Positions 1 to 61,493 of a DNA stretch of 64,000 nucleotides are shown one piece after another. The DNA is from Chrysomallon squamiferum (lineage: Eukaryota > Animalia > Mollusca): contig CM022666.1 in NCBI GenBank assembly GCA_012295275.1, positions 11,966,001-12,030,000 of the forward strand, given 5' to 3'. Under the pieces are notes generated by a model. It had not been told where the DNA came from. It ran no database searches and saw only the letters and a list, made by a program, of their open reading frames with translations. The translations under genes and the position numbers were made by a program. Each line of letters begins with the position of its first letter. Within the stretch, counting starts at the first letter, position 1.

Positions 1-47375
<47,375 letters not shown>

Positions 47376-47441
47376 GGTTGGCGATAAGACGTTTGTTTCA
47401 GATGTCACGGACACTTATAGTTTACAGTCCGAGTCGAGCAG

Positions 47442-47459
47442 TTTATAACAGCCCCACCC
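47442..47459 (-). promoter_or_regulatory. Putative core promoter: GGGTGGGG (Sp/KLF-type box) followed by TATAAA, ~70 bp upstream of the ATG
   Basis: The minus strand reads agggtggggctgttataaactgc, within a locally GC/CpG-richer patch (47320-47640). Confidence 0.55.
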
Positions 47460-48835
47460 TTTTCAGACTCGCCGCAGAAAGCAATAAGTAGGCAAACGTC
47501 CTCAGTAAGTGACCAGTGCATGTATTAACGGCTGCGTCAACGTTCCAGTGTGTAGAACGAAACATTATTTTTCTTTTGTACAAGATCTTTCTTCTCTCGT
47601 GAATTCACTGTAACGGTCACCTTCGGGGTCGCAATTCAGATATAATTTTATTCTAAACAAACCTTGTTTCCAGCGATATCAATAGTTCAGTAGAGTTAAT
47701 ACGTTTATAAACGATTAAATATATATAGGTATATATTAACAAAATCAAAATGTTGAAAAGAACTTACTATTTTGCATAAGATAATATATTAACATAATGC
47801 TGTTGAAATTCAATTCAAAGAGGAATAAAATAAAAGTAATGTCAGTATGATAATAACTGTGATATGAAAAAATAAATATATATCTGAAAGTTTAACTGAA
47901 ATCACGAAGCTGCTGTTAAAAAGGTAACAATACTTCAGATTAAATAAGGTCTTACAAACTGTATTGTTCCTTTGCTGTGTGAACAGATAAACTAAACACA
48001 TCATTCTCCGAAATATTGTTTTATATCGACCATCGACAAACCTACCTAGTAAAAAATACACTAGAAGTCTTCTACTTTAAACATTTTTCAGGTGTGGTCA
48101 AAAGTTGTGTGCACATCAGGCGTGTTTGAACATTTCTCTGATGGAAAGATGGTAAACCTAAACAACACTTTTGTACAAAATTAAGTCAGGACTACGTGAA
48201 TTTAAGGGTATGTTTCTGCATGAATATGAAACTATACAAATACGTTCTGTGTGTTTTAAATTACATTTTATAGAATATCATTATTTAATAATATTGTAAA
48301 CACTTCAGTAGAGATTATATTCTTATATGAAGTGACACAGTCAAATGGATTTTGGTTATGGATTTGTACTGGAGGTATTTTGGGTTTGTTTTCTTTTCTT
48401 TTTTCGATAAATAATACTGTTGATGTTAGGGTTATTGGCTGTTGACAAACTCTATATGATTAATGTTTCTCCTAAAACCAAATGAACAAAAGAGCCGAAA
48501 AAACCATATATATGATAATTTACTTTATTATTATTTCACTAATCACAGATTCTTTAAATCTGTAAACGATTATTTCCATTTAATATTCTAAGAAGTTGTA
48601 TACACAAATAGCATTAAACTGATTCTGTCTGGGTAATGACAGTTGATTCAAATTTAGAATCAAATTTCGTAGATTCACAACAACTGAAATGAATCGTACA
48701 TCCCTGTATTCTTTCTTCATCACCTTCTTTTTTCCTTTTATTTTTTTTTCTTTTTTTTTTCTCAAAATAATGATGCTGCTGCTGCAACTATTACTACTAC
48801 TACTACTACTACTACTACTAATAATAATAATAATT

Positions 48836-48866
<31 letters not shown>

Positions 48867-49799
48867 TTATAAATATTGAAAAGTATCTATAAGGTACATC
48901 ATTTTCGGATCAATAAAAAATTAGATTATATCTAAAATAAAAATATCCTTAGTCTGAAATCATGTTGTGTGAAAGAAAATTGGAGGAAAATATGTTAATT
49001 TTGATCTAATGAGATTGTCTTTAAAAAATTAACTAGTTATATAAGGCTGTGAGCACGTGAATAAATGTTTTGGTTTATTTATTTTTTATTTATTTTCATT
49101 TTTCATTTTTTTTTTTCCTTTTCTTTGTTATTTTTTTTTAATTATTATTATTTTCTTTCTTTATAAATTTTATATCAGTGTTTTTATTTTATTTTTATTT
49201 AAACTTTTTAAATTTTATTTTTCAAAACGAGTTTGTAAATCAATATCGAAAACTTTAAAATGTTGTTTACAACTATAAACTGGTTACATGCATAAGAAAG
49301 GGAAAAGTGACCAATATCAGTAGAGACAGAGACCGGTAACAGGACAATTAAACAAATTCTTTGACCGTCACCGACTAATAGGTAAAAACTGACAACCATT
49401 TCACCTGATGTTTGAATCTGATCTGTTGAATTTCACACCAGATTTAATATAGACGTTACTGTCAAACACTTACATTTAGCCCTCACACCTTTCATACGAA
49501 CCAGGTAAATATATGAGCAATTTAACTTGGGCGTACAATAGATGTAGCCGTTATATTTCGTGTATATTGTTACATTGCTACAATGGCACGTGCATGCAGC
49601 TGCACGGTTGACTTGACGTTGTAAACACATTTCACCTGTAGACAACAAATTGTTGATGATATCTGAACCTTGAGAGAACTATCTCATAAAATAAACATAA
49701 ATATCTCAGGTGTGGGAATGTTCAAACAAAAAAAAAAAAAAAAAAAAAGCTAATTAGTACAGTTTTATAAAATTTATTATTTCTGGAGGAATTTTGATT

Positions 49800-50260
49800 A
49801 TGAAAAATTGATATAGATGACTACTCCTTCCAATAATAATTCTATTTCTACTTCTATTACTACTAGTACTACTACTACTTCTATTACTGCTGCTTTTGCT
49901 ACCACTAGCACAACTACTACTGCTACTACTATTTCCACTGCTGCTACTACTACTACCTGGACTACAGCACTGTTGTTCCTGCTAGGTTTAAAATAACAGT
50001 TAACTCTGCTACAACTGCAAATGCTGCTGATGATACTGAGACTGCTGCCGGTGTTGCTGACACTACTACAACTACTACTACTACCAGTGATACTACTACT
50101 ACCACCACCACTGCTACAACAATAACTGCTACTATTACACATGCTGCTGCTACTACTACCATTTTTACAGATATTGATACTACTACAACGATCAACGATA
50201 TTCTTGTACCATTGTTACTATTACCATTACTATTACTATTACTGTAATTATTATATTAAT
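49800..50260. repeat. Degenerate (ACT/GCT)n low-complexity tract; a similar (AGT)n tract lies at ~53825-54045
   Basis: Directly visible. Confidence 0.8.
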
Positions 50261-51070
50261 AACAGCTCTTATTATTAAAACGAATAAAAAGAGCTACTGA
50301 TGGTGCTGATACTAAAGTTTTCCATCCAGTTACTTTCACAGTTGTTACATCTGTTATATTAAATTTATAAACTGAAAACGAAGAATTATTTAAAATATTT
50401 GGTTTTGACGTGCAGGTAAATATGCATTAAAAAAAAGCATTAATGTAAATGTCGCAAAATAGACTTGTTTTGTTAGTTTATTTCTTAATTTAAAATGTAA
50501 GCTAATGTCTTTAAAAATGTCGTATTTTTCAATTTTAATCATTTCAGATGTTCTGAGAAAAACTCACCTTTCATATTTCCCTTTTAATATATGTGGTTTT
50601 GTATGACTGAATTCAGTCAACTTTCACATTTGAAGATGAATTTTAAAACTGTTTTTCACAAGATGTCATCATCTCCAGAAGACGTGAAAGTTGACAAGTG
50701 GTCCAGTTACTACTTGAACCACGACCGACCTGAACATTTTAACAGTTACTTTAGTCAAACTGATAAAATTATTTTGTATTTAAAATGTCACCACGATCTA
50801 AATATGTATTTGTCAGTTTTAAAGTTGATGTTTATCATTGTCACCATCATTATCAGTATCAGTATCAGAGAAAGAATGAGCCAAATGTATTTTCTTTTAC
50901 CAATTTTATTTTTTTATTATTTTTTTTTGGATCAGAAAGTAATACAGTTTAAACAGAACCTTTAGTAGTACGAATAAGTGGTTCATAACAACAAACTGAT
51001 CCAACATCTACGTAATGACGTCATTACAAACCTGTTGTGCCTAGATATATATATATATATAGAGAGAGAG

Positions 51071-51185
<115 letters not shown>

Positions 51186-52937
51186 GATACATACAACAAT
51201 ATTAGTGATAGCTAAAAGCTGCATTAGCTAGATATAATAAATATTGTTTTTAAGTGTACATTACGATAGGAAGAAAAATTCGAAATTTGTATATGTTTTT
51301 GTCCTCGTTATATAACAAAGAAATAAAAACAAATGAATGCATTTTGAAAATATCTGAGGATTTTCATTTTTCTACTGTCGTGACGTTATCAAACCAGCTT
51401 CTCTAAAAATGTGTTTTTCTCTATACAAGAGATGGCGTCAAGAGTCAGCTGATGATAAAATAACGGCACTTAAATGTTTTATACAAGTATATTTAGTGTC
51501 AAACTCTGTTATATACAATGATATGATAGCCAAAATAAAGTAACTTGGAAGTTCAAAGAATGTTATAGATACACTTTAACCAGTTGAGATCTTTTGCTGT
51601 TTGGATAAATAATTATAAAGTAATTCAACATTAAATATTACGCAGAATGTCATGTAAGTGAAAGCATATCCGCTTATTCTCTACATTACTTTGTAACATT
51701 GCAAAGATTAATTTTACAAATTTTCATATTCTATAACCTTCTATAAAAAAAAAAGCTTATATTCGCCCTGTTGAAAGTATCCATTTGAAAAATATATTAA
51801 GGAAATACAAGAAGTGTCTGCAGTTGACACAAAGAACTAGGTAGTATAAGTGGGGTAAGCTGGACTCCCGTGGAACGTAGAAGGGAAAAGCATGATAAAG
51901 TCACTAAAGCATGAAATGACTTTCTGACTAGTCAAGTGTGACGAACATCACAAATTAATTTGGTTTTTGTACACGTGTGTGTGTTTGCGTGCTAAAAGCT
52001 TAGAATCAGCATGGCCCAACACAGAGAGGATTGTTTTTAGTGCACACAGACTCTTTCTCTTTCTCTTTTTTGTTCTCTCTCTCTCACGCACACATACAAA
52101 CACACAGACAGATATTAGTATCTGAGTAACAGAAGTAAAACGTAATTTCAACAAAAACAAAATCTCAGGTATAAAATTCATTTAATAAAATGTATTTGAA
52201 ATTTCAGACTTTCAGTTTATACATAGTTACAAAAATAATAAACAAAACTGAATGAAGCAACTTGCATATGATAGTAGTACAACGTCTTCTAATACCTGCA
52301 TAGAAGGAAATTACTGTGTAAAAACACTGCAATAGAATTTCATTAAAATATTAAAGTCTTTAGATCTTCGAAAATAAGAAAAATATATCTCTGATGATAT
52401 GTCCAGAAAGTCTTAACACGTTTGAAATAAGAAATTAAAAAGATCGTTAAAACGTAGGTTTACATGTTCATCTTTCATACGATATCAATTCAAACATAAA
52501 ATTGTAAAATAAAACGAACATGCCAAGTATTAGGAAATTACCAGTAGCTTATCAAGTCGTTATTTTTAAAGAAATATATAAAAGGACGTAAGAAACAAAA
52601 TACACCCCTTCATCCTTAAAATTGTAATAACAGTTTATCTGTACACTGCCTGGCAGTTGTTTTATTTACTTATCACATAAATAAAACAATGACAAGTACA
52701 TATAGTATATTTAAGACGATTTGTTCATATCACGATTAATTTTTATTTATTTTATTTTATTTTATTTTTTTTTAATTTATTTATTTGTTGTTGCGATGTC
52801 AAGTCAAAATTACATTTTAAATATATTTCTGTTTTCAGAATGTATTTAATGTGTAAAATAATACTAAATAATATTAAAATGTATCAGTGGCGGTAGGAGT
52901 GAATAATAATAATAATAATAATAATAACAATAACAAC

Positions 52938-53010
<73 letters not shown>

Positions 53011-55094
53011 TATAACATCGAATTGTACAGCTATTTCTTTTTATCACCACAGGTACACTTTAAATTTAGACAATTAAATTTCTCTGGATTACTGGAATAT
53101 TACATAAACATAAACGCGTGATTTTAGTGACGAGTTTAAAATAAATAATAATAATAAAAATACAAAATCACGAGGTAATAAATAGCATCGTAAACCTTTT
53201 GTTTCTATTAACATTTGGAAGCTTTTAAACAGAAAATACTTTCCTACAATTATTTTCTTCTTAATTTGACGCAGTATACAGACATTTCTTCTTAATGTGA
53301 CGCAGTATACAGACATTCCTTCACTCAGGTTCTATTTTATTTTTTAAATTAACGTTGATGCCTGCTTTGTATCAGTAACCCGTTTTCAACACTAAACTGA
53401 AAGATGCTAATGAAACATTGCACATGAGAAGTAAGTAATATACAATATAATAATAACAATAACAGATCAGTTAACATAATAACATCAAAAATTTCATTCT
53501 GTTTTGCTCATTTAGATTTTAGGAGGCAAGATCAACATAAATTATACCAAAACTAAATCAGAAAAATACACTAACATTTCTTAATGAAAATTTTGTTTAA
53601 AATACAAAGTTAATTAAACATTTCAACACATATTATCAGATTTAAATAATTACAGAGTTCAGATTATAACAAATGCCCAAAACAAGCTAAATATTTAATA
53701 CAAAACAGAGGAAAGTGAAAGTTAATCTGACTTGTTGGTTTAGTAAACATCATTTATTATTATTTATTTAAATTTGTAAAACATGTACTATCAGTTATGT
53801 AAAGCTGTAACAGTTATATCAGCAGATGTAGATGTAGTAGTAGTAGTAGTAGAAATAGTAGCAGCAGTAATAGAAGTTGGGGTGACTGGGGTAGCAGTGC
53901 TGGTGGTAGTAGTAGTATTAATAGTAGTAGCACTATTAGTAGATTAGTAGCACTGACAGTAGTACAAGGAGGAGTATTAGCAGTAGTAGTAGTTGTTGTT
54001 GTTGTTGTTGTTGTAGAAATAATAGTAGTACTAGTAGTAGAAGCAATAATAAAAACATTTATTAAGATGATTGGCAAGCACAGGACTAAAACTGACAAAC
54101 ACATTTCTACTGGAAATATATATATATATAAAAAAAATTCTTGCTATTTACATATATTTCAAGTTTTGGAATGTATTCAAACTGAATTTCAAATTCAGAC
54201 AGTTTAAAACATCTAAATAAAAAGTCTAAAAACACAAATTTAAAAAGAAATACACCAACATGATGTAGTCTATGATATCATTCAAGGAGTATTTCTTCAT
54301 AAAGAAAGTAAAACCATCACCTATTATAGATATTAATTACAAAATAGAGTTGTTGAAAAATGTTCACAATGAATAAAATTATTACATGATTAGGCATAAC
54401 TGTTGTTAAGAAAGAAGACTAAAATATATATGTATATTAGATTACAAAAGTTGTTTTATGATTCATTTTGTAAAAATAATATTACTGAAAACAGTTTATG
54501 ATAAAAAGTTCATATGTATAAATTCAGCATAAATGTTAATAAAATATATAACAGTATAAACTAATCCTGTGAAGCTAACATCACATATCTAGGTAGATAA
54601 CAAAAGGCAAATCACAACCATATTTGATAAAAACGTGGAATTAAAATATCTCATGTATTAAATATGAAAACTTACAAATGAGTGAAAACGTGTATTACCT
54701 TTCTTAGTATTTTTTTTTTTTTGATTTTTTTTTTTTTGTTGTTGTGTTTTTTTTTTTTTTTTTAAATTTATGCCATTGTTTATATTCATTACAAAGAAAC
54801 ATAAAAATTTGAATTTAATGGTTTGTAAACTTTAAATTAAAATATACTACGAAAAATTATTATTAATGTTTTGTCAAGATGCAGTCTTGATGCTACAGAA
54901 TTCATACACTCAGTTGCTGAAGCATTATTTAACTCAGTGATAATTTTCTGTTTAGACTGTAACAAATAACACATCTGACTGAAATGTCTGAGATGAGTTA
55001 TGTTACATCCATTCAGTTACATAATTATACAACTTAAGTATACAAGTAACACCTTTGATATAACAGTATTAGATCAATAATAATCATACATTAA

Positions 55095-55129
55095 TGTGTA
55101 TGTGTGTGTGTGTGTGTGTATATGTGTAT

Positions 55130-55188
<59 letters not shown>

Positions 55189-55194
55189 TGTTTT

Positions 55195-55225
<31 letters not shown>

Positions 55226-55240
55226 GTGTGTGTGTGTGTG
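55095..55240. repeat. (TG)n microsatellite; (CA)n also at ~13058-13111, 21541-21582 and 23867-23900
   Basis: Directly visible. Confidence 0.95.
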
Positions 55241-57232
55241 GTGAAAAACCATTTGCTGCACATACAGACATCTGGACAAAAATTTTGATTTTTGTATTAT
55301 ATTCCAACAACACTGTTAAAACTTATAAATCTGACTGATCACATTAAAAACCTATTACAGAGACTGGTGGGTATATCACATTTTAATCTTAGTTTTAGCT
55401 CATTGAATCTGATGTGATGTGGTCTCCTGGACGGCAAGATGGACAGATGGACAGATGTTTTTCTGTGACCTCCACTGATGTAACACAGTGAATTCACAAA
55501 CCTCATCTTCCTTCTCACAGGCAAACAGAATAAGGCAGCCATGTTTAATCTAAAACTAGTAAATTTCTAACATCACTCATTTGAAATTGCTCATAGTGGT
55601 TGTGACAACAGAATGAGAAATTCTTGACAAATTCATGTTTTTAAAAGTTTAAAAAAAAAAAAAAAAGAGGATAATAAAATAAGACATTTGCATCTATTTA
55701 AAATGTAGAAGAAAAGTTTCAGAATTGTAAGTCTGAAAGTGAAACATTTAAAATATTTGTTATTACAGTTTATAAGTTAACTATACATTCTACATTACAC
55801 AAAACATAGTGAGGTAACAGCTATACACTCTGCAGTAATAAATGCATGTGATATTAAAGTGTATTACATACACATCACACTAAATTAAAACCTCTATTAT
55901 AAAGTAATCCATTTTATCCTTGCTCATTTGAATAAAACTGTATTTAAAATATTTTAGAAATTGGTTCACTTGTTAAAAAAAATATAAACAAAAATAAAGA
56001 TGCATTCTCACCAGGTGATAAATTGTAACAGAATTAAGATGTGATGATTTAAATTTTAATTTTTATAAAATATGTTAAGTTGTTTTCTTGTTATGTCTAA
56101 TATCTAAAATCAACCTAACACATTTAAAAGACTGAATTGTAATAAAATAAAATGTTTTCTAATCAAAGTTAAATATGACAGAACTGTATTGTAATAAGTT
56201 AAATCTTCACTTTATACAGCAAACTTTGTCCCAGTTACTGTTACATAATATGACACACTGACAGAAAGTGTAAATCTAACACTTTAGTCTTTTACCACAA
56301 GTCATTACAAGACAAATGTTTCACAACTTTTCAATCTATACATGATATATTAGATTAGACATGAGTTGTGTCCCTTGTATTTGTTAGAGTTTTGAGTATA
56401 AATATATTACATGATTATAATTGCTGGATTACAAACATGTCAATATACATTCAAACTAGTTTTTATAAACAGTACAAACTGATAAAATCTGTCACATTCC
56501 TTCAAAAATAAAACTGAAATCCATATTTAAAAAAAAAATAAAAACTGACCTAATAAAAATTCATAAACCAACATTTTAAAAAATATTCACTTAAAATATT
56601 CATTAAAAGATCAAGTTGTAACTTGTTTGATAAATACAAATTTCTAAGTACAAATTTGATAACATGCTTGTGGTGGTACAATCAGTTTACTCCTAAATGT
56701 TGCTCACGACAAATCTTTGTTAATAATGAAGTTTAACAATAAAACTATAATGATGTATGAAGGCTGCCACTTATTATAGATGGTGAATTGTTTTCTGTAC
56801 AGAATGGTTTTGAAAGACAGATACAAACAGAAATTCTTTTATGAAACAACAGATGACAAAGGTAAATCAAAATATTAAAAGTAAAAAAGTATTTCATTCA
56901 TAAACTTGCTATATTAATAGTTCTCTGTGTACAAATACAAATTTTTGCATATCCTAAGGCTTTGTTATTTTATTCCCATACTTTATTATTAGCAATGTTT
57001 TCACTGTACTGTACTTTGCTGAAGTATATCAAATACACTTAGATTAAATTTGTACCACCACATGTATATTACATAGATTAATCACAAAGTTTGAGTAAGA
57101 AATTAAAATTTGTTGTCAATATTTTGTCCCTGATGTTAAAAATATTCTAACTGGAATGATTATTTCTCATTTTTCTTTACATTTCCAGCTTTTCGCACTG
57201 TTTTCTTACATTTTTTGATTTTCCTGTTTTTT

Positions 57233-60200
57233 TCAGCTTTTCCCATTTTTCTGAACAACATTTTCACTTTTTCCCATCTTTCTGTACAACATTTTCAGAT
57301 TTTCTGCTGTTGATGGATCATTTGGCTCAAGCTGTAAAGCATTTTTGTAAGCAGTCTCTGCATTCTCCAGTTTTCCCCATCGGTGATACAAAACACCTGT
57401 GAAAATCAACTTAAACATATATCATTTTAGAAGAATTTTTCAATAAGTTTTACTTACTGTAAAAGTTCAAGTAAATAGATTTTGGATGTACATCTCATAT
57501 TTTAGAATGACAGATATTTTAATTACATATCAATCTGTTAGCTCTTAGCTGTATTTCATATGACAATTTTGATGTACTGAATATATAGATTTTTGAAAGG
57601 TATTTATACATCCTCTAAGACATGCTGAGGTTGTGTGTTTGTTTTAATTATTAGTAATGACAGATCCCATAACAAATAAAACAATCTGGAAGTATACAAA
57701 ATGTTATAAGGCTGTTGTTTGTTCACTGTGTGAGATATTCATATTAGCTGTTGTGTTTTAGAAGTGATGTGTATGTTACTATGTGTACTATGAGAAAGGT
57801 TTGTTGAGTGTGTGAGATATCACATTAGCTGTTGTGTATGTTACTATGTGTACTATGTTACTATGTGTACTATGTTACTATGTGTACTATGTTACTCTGT
57901 GTACTATGTTACTATGTGTACTATGTTACTCTGTGTACTATGAGTGTAATGTTACTTTGTTGAGTGTGTGTTATATCACATTATGCTGTTGTGTTACTAT
58001 GTTACTATGTGTACTATGTTACTATGTGTACTATGTGTGTGACTATGTTATGTGTACTATATGTTACTACTATGTTACTATGTACTATGTTACTATGTGT
58101 ACTATGTTACTATGTTACTATGTTATATGTTACTGTTATGTTACTATGTGTACTATGTTACTATGTTACTATGTGTACTATGTTACTATGTGTACTATGT
58201 TACTATGTGTACTATGTTACTATGTGTACTATGTTACTCTGTGTACTATGTTACTCTGTGTACTATGAGAAAGGTTTGTTGAGTGTGTGAGATATCACAT
58301 TAGCTGTTGTGTATGTTACTATGTGTACTATGTTACTATGTGTACTATGTTACTATGTTACTATGTGTACTATGTTACTATGTGTACTATGTTACTATGT
58401 GTAATGTTAGATATTTTGTTGATGTGTATGAGATATCACATTAGCTGTTGTTGTGTATGTTACTATGTGTACTATGTTACTATGTATATGTTACTATGTT
58501 ACTATGTTACTATGTGTACTATGTTACTGTTTGACTATGTGATGTTATTACTACTATGTTACTATGTGTACTATGTTACTATGTGTACTATGTTACTATG
58601 TGTACTATGTTACTATGTGTACTATGTTACTATGTGTACTATGTTACTATGTGTACTATGTTACTATGTGTACTATGTTACTATGTGTACTATGAGAAAG
58701 GTTTGTTGAGTGTGTGAGATATCACATTAGCTGTTGTGTATGTTACTATGTGTACTATGTTACTATGTGTACTATGTTACTATGTGTACTATGTTACTAT
58801 GTGTACTATGTTACTATGTGTACTATGTTACTCTGTGTACTATGTTACTATGTTTATATGTTTGTTGTACTATATGTTACTGTGTACTATGTTACTATGT
58901 GTGTTACTCTGTTACTATGTTACTATGTGTTATGTGTGACTATGTTACTGTTACTATGTTGTTTACTATGTGTACTATGTTACTATGTGTACTATGTTAC
59001 TATGTTACTATGTTGTTACTGTTACTATGTGTACTGTGTTTGTTATGTTACTATGTTACTATGTGTATGTTACTATGTTATATGTGTACTATGTTACTCT
59101 GTGTACTGTGTTACTATGTGTACTGTTACTATGTGTGTACTATGTGTACTATGTTACTATGTGTACTATGTTACTCTGTGTACTATGTTACTATGTGTAC
59201 TATGTTACTATGTGTACTATGTTACTATGTTACTATGTGTACTATGTTACTATGTATGTTACTATGTGTACTATGTTACTATGTGTTATGTTACTATGTG
59301 TATGTTATGTGTGTACTATGTACTTACTATATGTTACTGTGTACTATGTTACTATGTGTACTATGTTACTATGTGTACTATGTTACTATGTATACTATGT
59401 TACTATGTGTACTATGTTACTATGTGTACTATGTTACTCTGTGTACTATGTTACTATGTGTACTATGTTACTCTGTGTACTATGTTACTATGTGTACTAT
59501 GTTACTATGTGTACTATGTTACTATGTGTACTATGTGTACTATGTTACTATGTGTACTATGTTACTATGTGTACTATGTTACTCTGTGTACTATGTTACT
59601 ATGTGTACTATGTTACTCTGTGTACTATGTTGTACTATGTGTACTATGTTACTATGTGTTACTATGTGTACTATGTTACTATGTGTTACTATGTGTACTA
59701 TGTTACTATGTGTACTATGTTACTATGTTTACTATGTGTACTATGTTACTATGTGTACTGTGTGTGTATGTATGTTACTATGTGTACTATGTTACTATGT
59801 GTACTATGTTACTATGTGTACTATGTTACTCTGTGTACTATGTTACTATGTGTACTATGTTACTATGTGTACTATGTTACTCTGTGTACTATGTTACTCT
59901 GTGTACTATGTTACTATGTGTACTATGTTACTATGTTACTATGTGTACTATGTTACTATGTGTACTATGTTACTATGTGTACTATGTTACTCTGTGTACT
60001 GTGTTACTATGTGTAGTATGTTACTCTGTGTACTATGTTACTCTGTGTACTATGAGAAAGTTACCCAGGTTGAGGTGGAACCTGGCGTTGTTCGGGTCTA
60101 ACGTCAGCGACTTGAGAAACATCTCCTCACTCTCCTGGTGATGTCCCATTTTCCCGTATATGTTGGCCAGATTGAAGTAAATCTGTGACTCCTGTGTCAG

Positions 60201-61431
60201 AACTTTCAATGCTTCCAGGCCAACTCTGACAGCCTCCTGGTGACGATCTGATGTCAGAAACAAACATGAATGAGTTTTCTTTAAAAACAGAGCAGATCTG
60301 GAAACTATCTGTTTTTATTCAAAATGTGTCTTTACAATTCATCCACTAACTCAGACATATTAAAACTCTAAAAGTCTTCTAATGTGAACACTGTTATATA
60401 AAAAATTAGACTCATATGCTCACTTCAAACTTGACAGGTTGTAGAATATTCTCAAAGCACAAGTTAGTTATTTTTATTCCAACCAGTGACTGCTTGTTCA
60501 AACACTGGAAGCATATTTGGAAAGTGCATTTGAAAACATGAATTTCCTCACCAATTTTATCATTATACACAAAAACATCTCCACAAAAAAAAAAAATTGG
60601 TAAATAATTTTCAGTTAATAACCTTTAAGAGTATAACATGTTAATGCAAAATATTAATTTAATTACTGCTCACCTAGGTTGTCAAGAAGTATGAGTGTGT
60701 TTGTCCAGGCATTGACGTGTGTAGGTTTTAACTTTGTTGAATTCCTCCAAGCCATGAGAGCATCATCAGGTCTACCTACATCCAGATACTGAAAAGAGTT
60801 TACAAACAAGTTTAAACACAACTTGCCTAGGCAGCAGTGTTTTCATTCTTACTGAGATTTCTATTTTAAACATTTTACTTAAAAGTTTTATCACTGTAAA
60901 TTCAGTCTGTGAAATAAATATGTAAATGTTATTAAGACTAATTATTAAAATATTGCATCTCTACATGTATATACACCTCTGTGTAAAAATTAATACTTTC
61001 AATAGTCAATGGTTTAGTATGAAGTTTACCAGATTGCCGAGGTTGTAGTAGCAGTCTGGATAGTTACGACGATGACGAAGTGCCTGTAGGTAGCTGTATT
61101 CTGCAGATGTGTGTTTCTTCAGTTCAGCCTGTACAATACCAAGATTCATCCAGGCTGCAGCAAACTCTGGACTGAAAAAACAAACAATGTAAACTATACA
61201 AGTCACTTTACTTCTTATATTAACTGTGATGAAAACTAAAAACTCTGCCAATGTATCAATGTTAAAAATCAACAAGCTGCAAGAAGCTTCCAAGTTTTAC
61301 TATCTCATAGCTTGTTTTACATGTGATGTATTTCGGTGCAAACTCATGTTCTTAAGTCTGCAGCATGGTTAGATAGGCATACATGTCATAAAATGTATTT
61401 ATAATTTTAGAGGAGTGGAATGAATATTCAT

Positions 61432-61493
<62 letters not shown>

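Noticed and set aside
57834-60141. Long plus-strand ORFs of 348-475 aa (CYYVYYVTMCTMLL)
   Set aside because: A stop-free 17-bp minisatellite open in all three frames, inside a TMTC4 intron.
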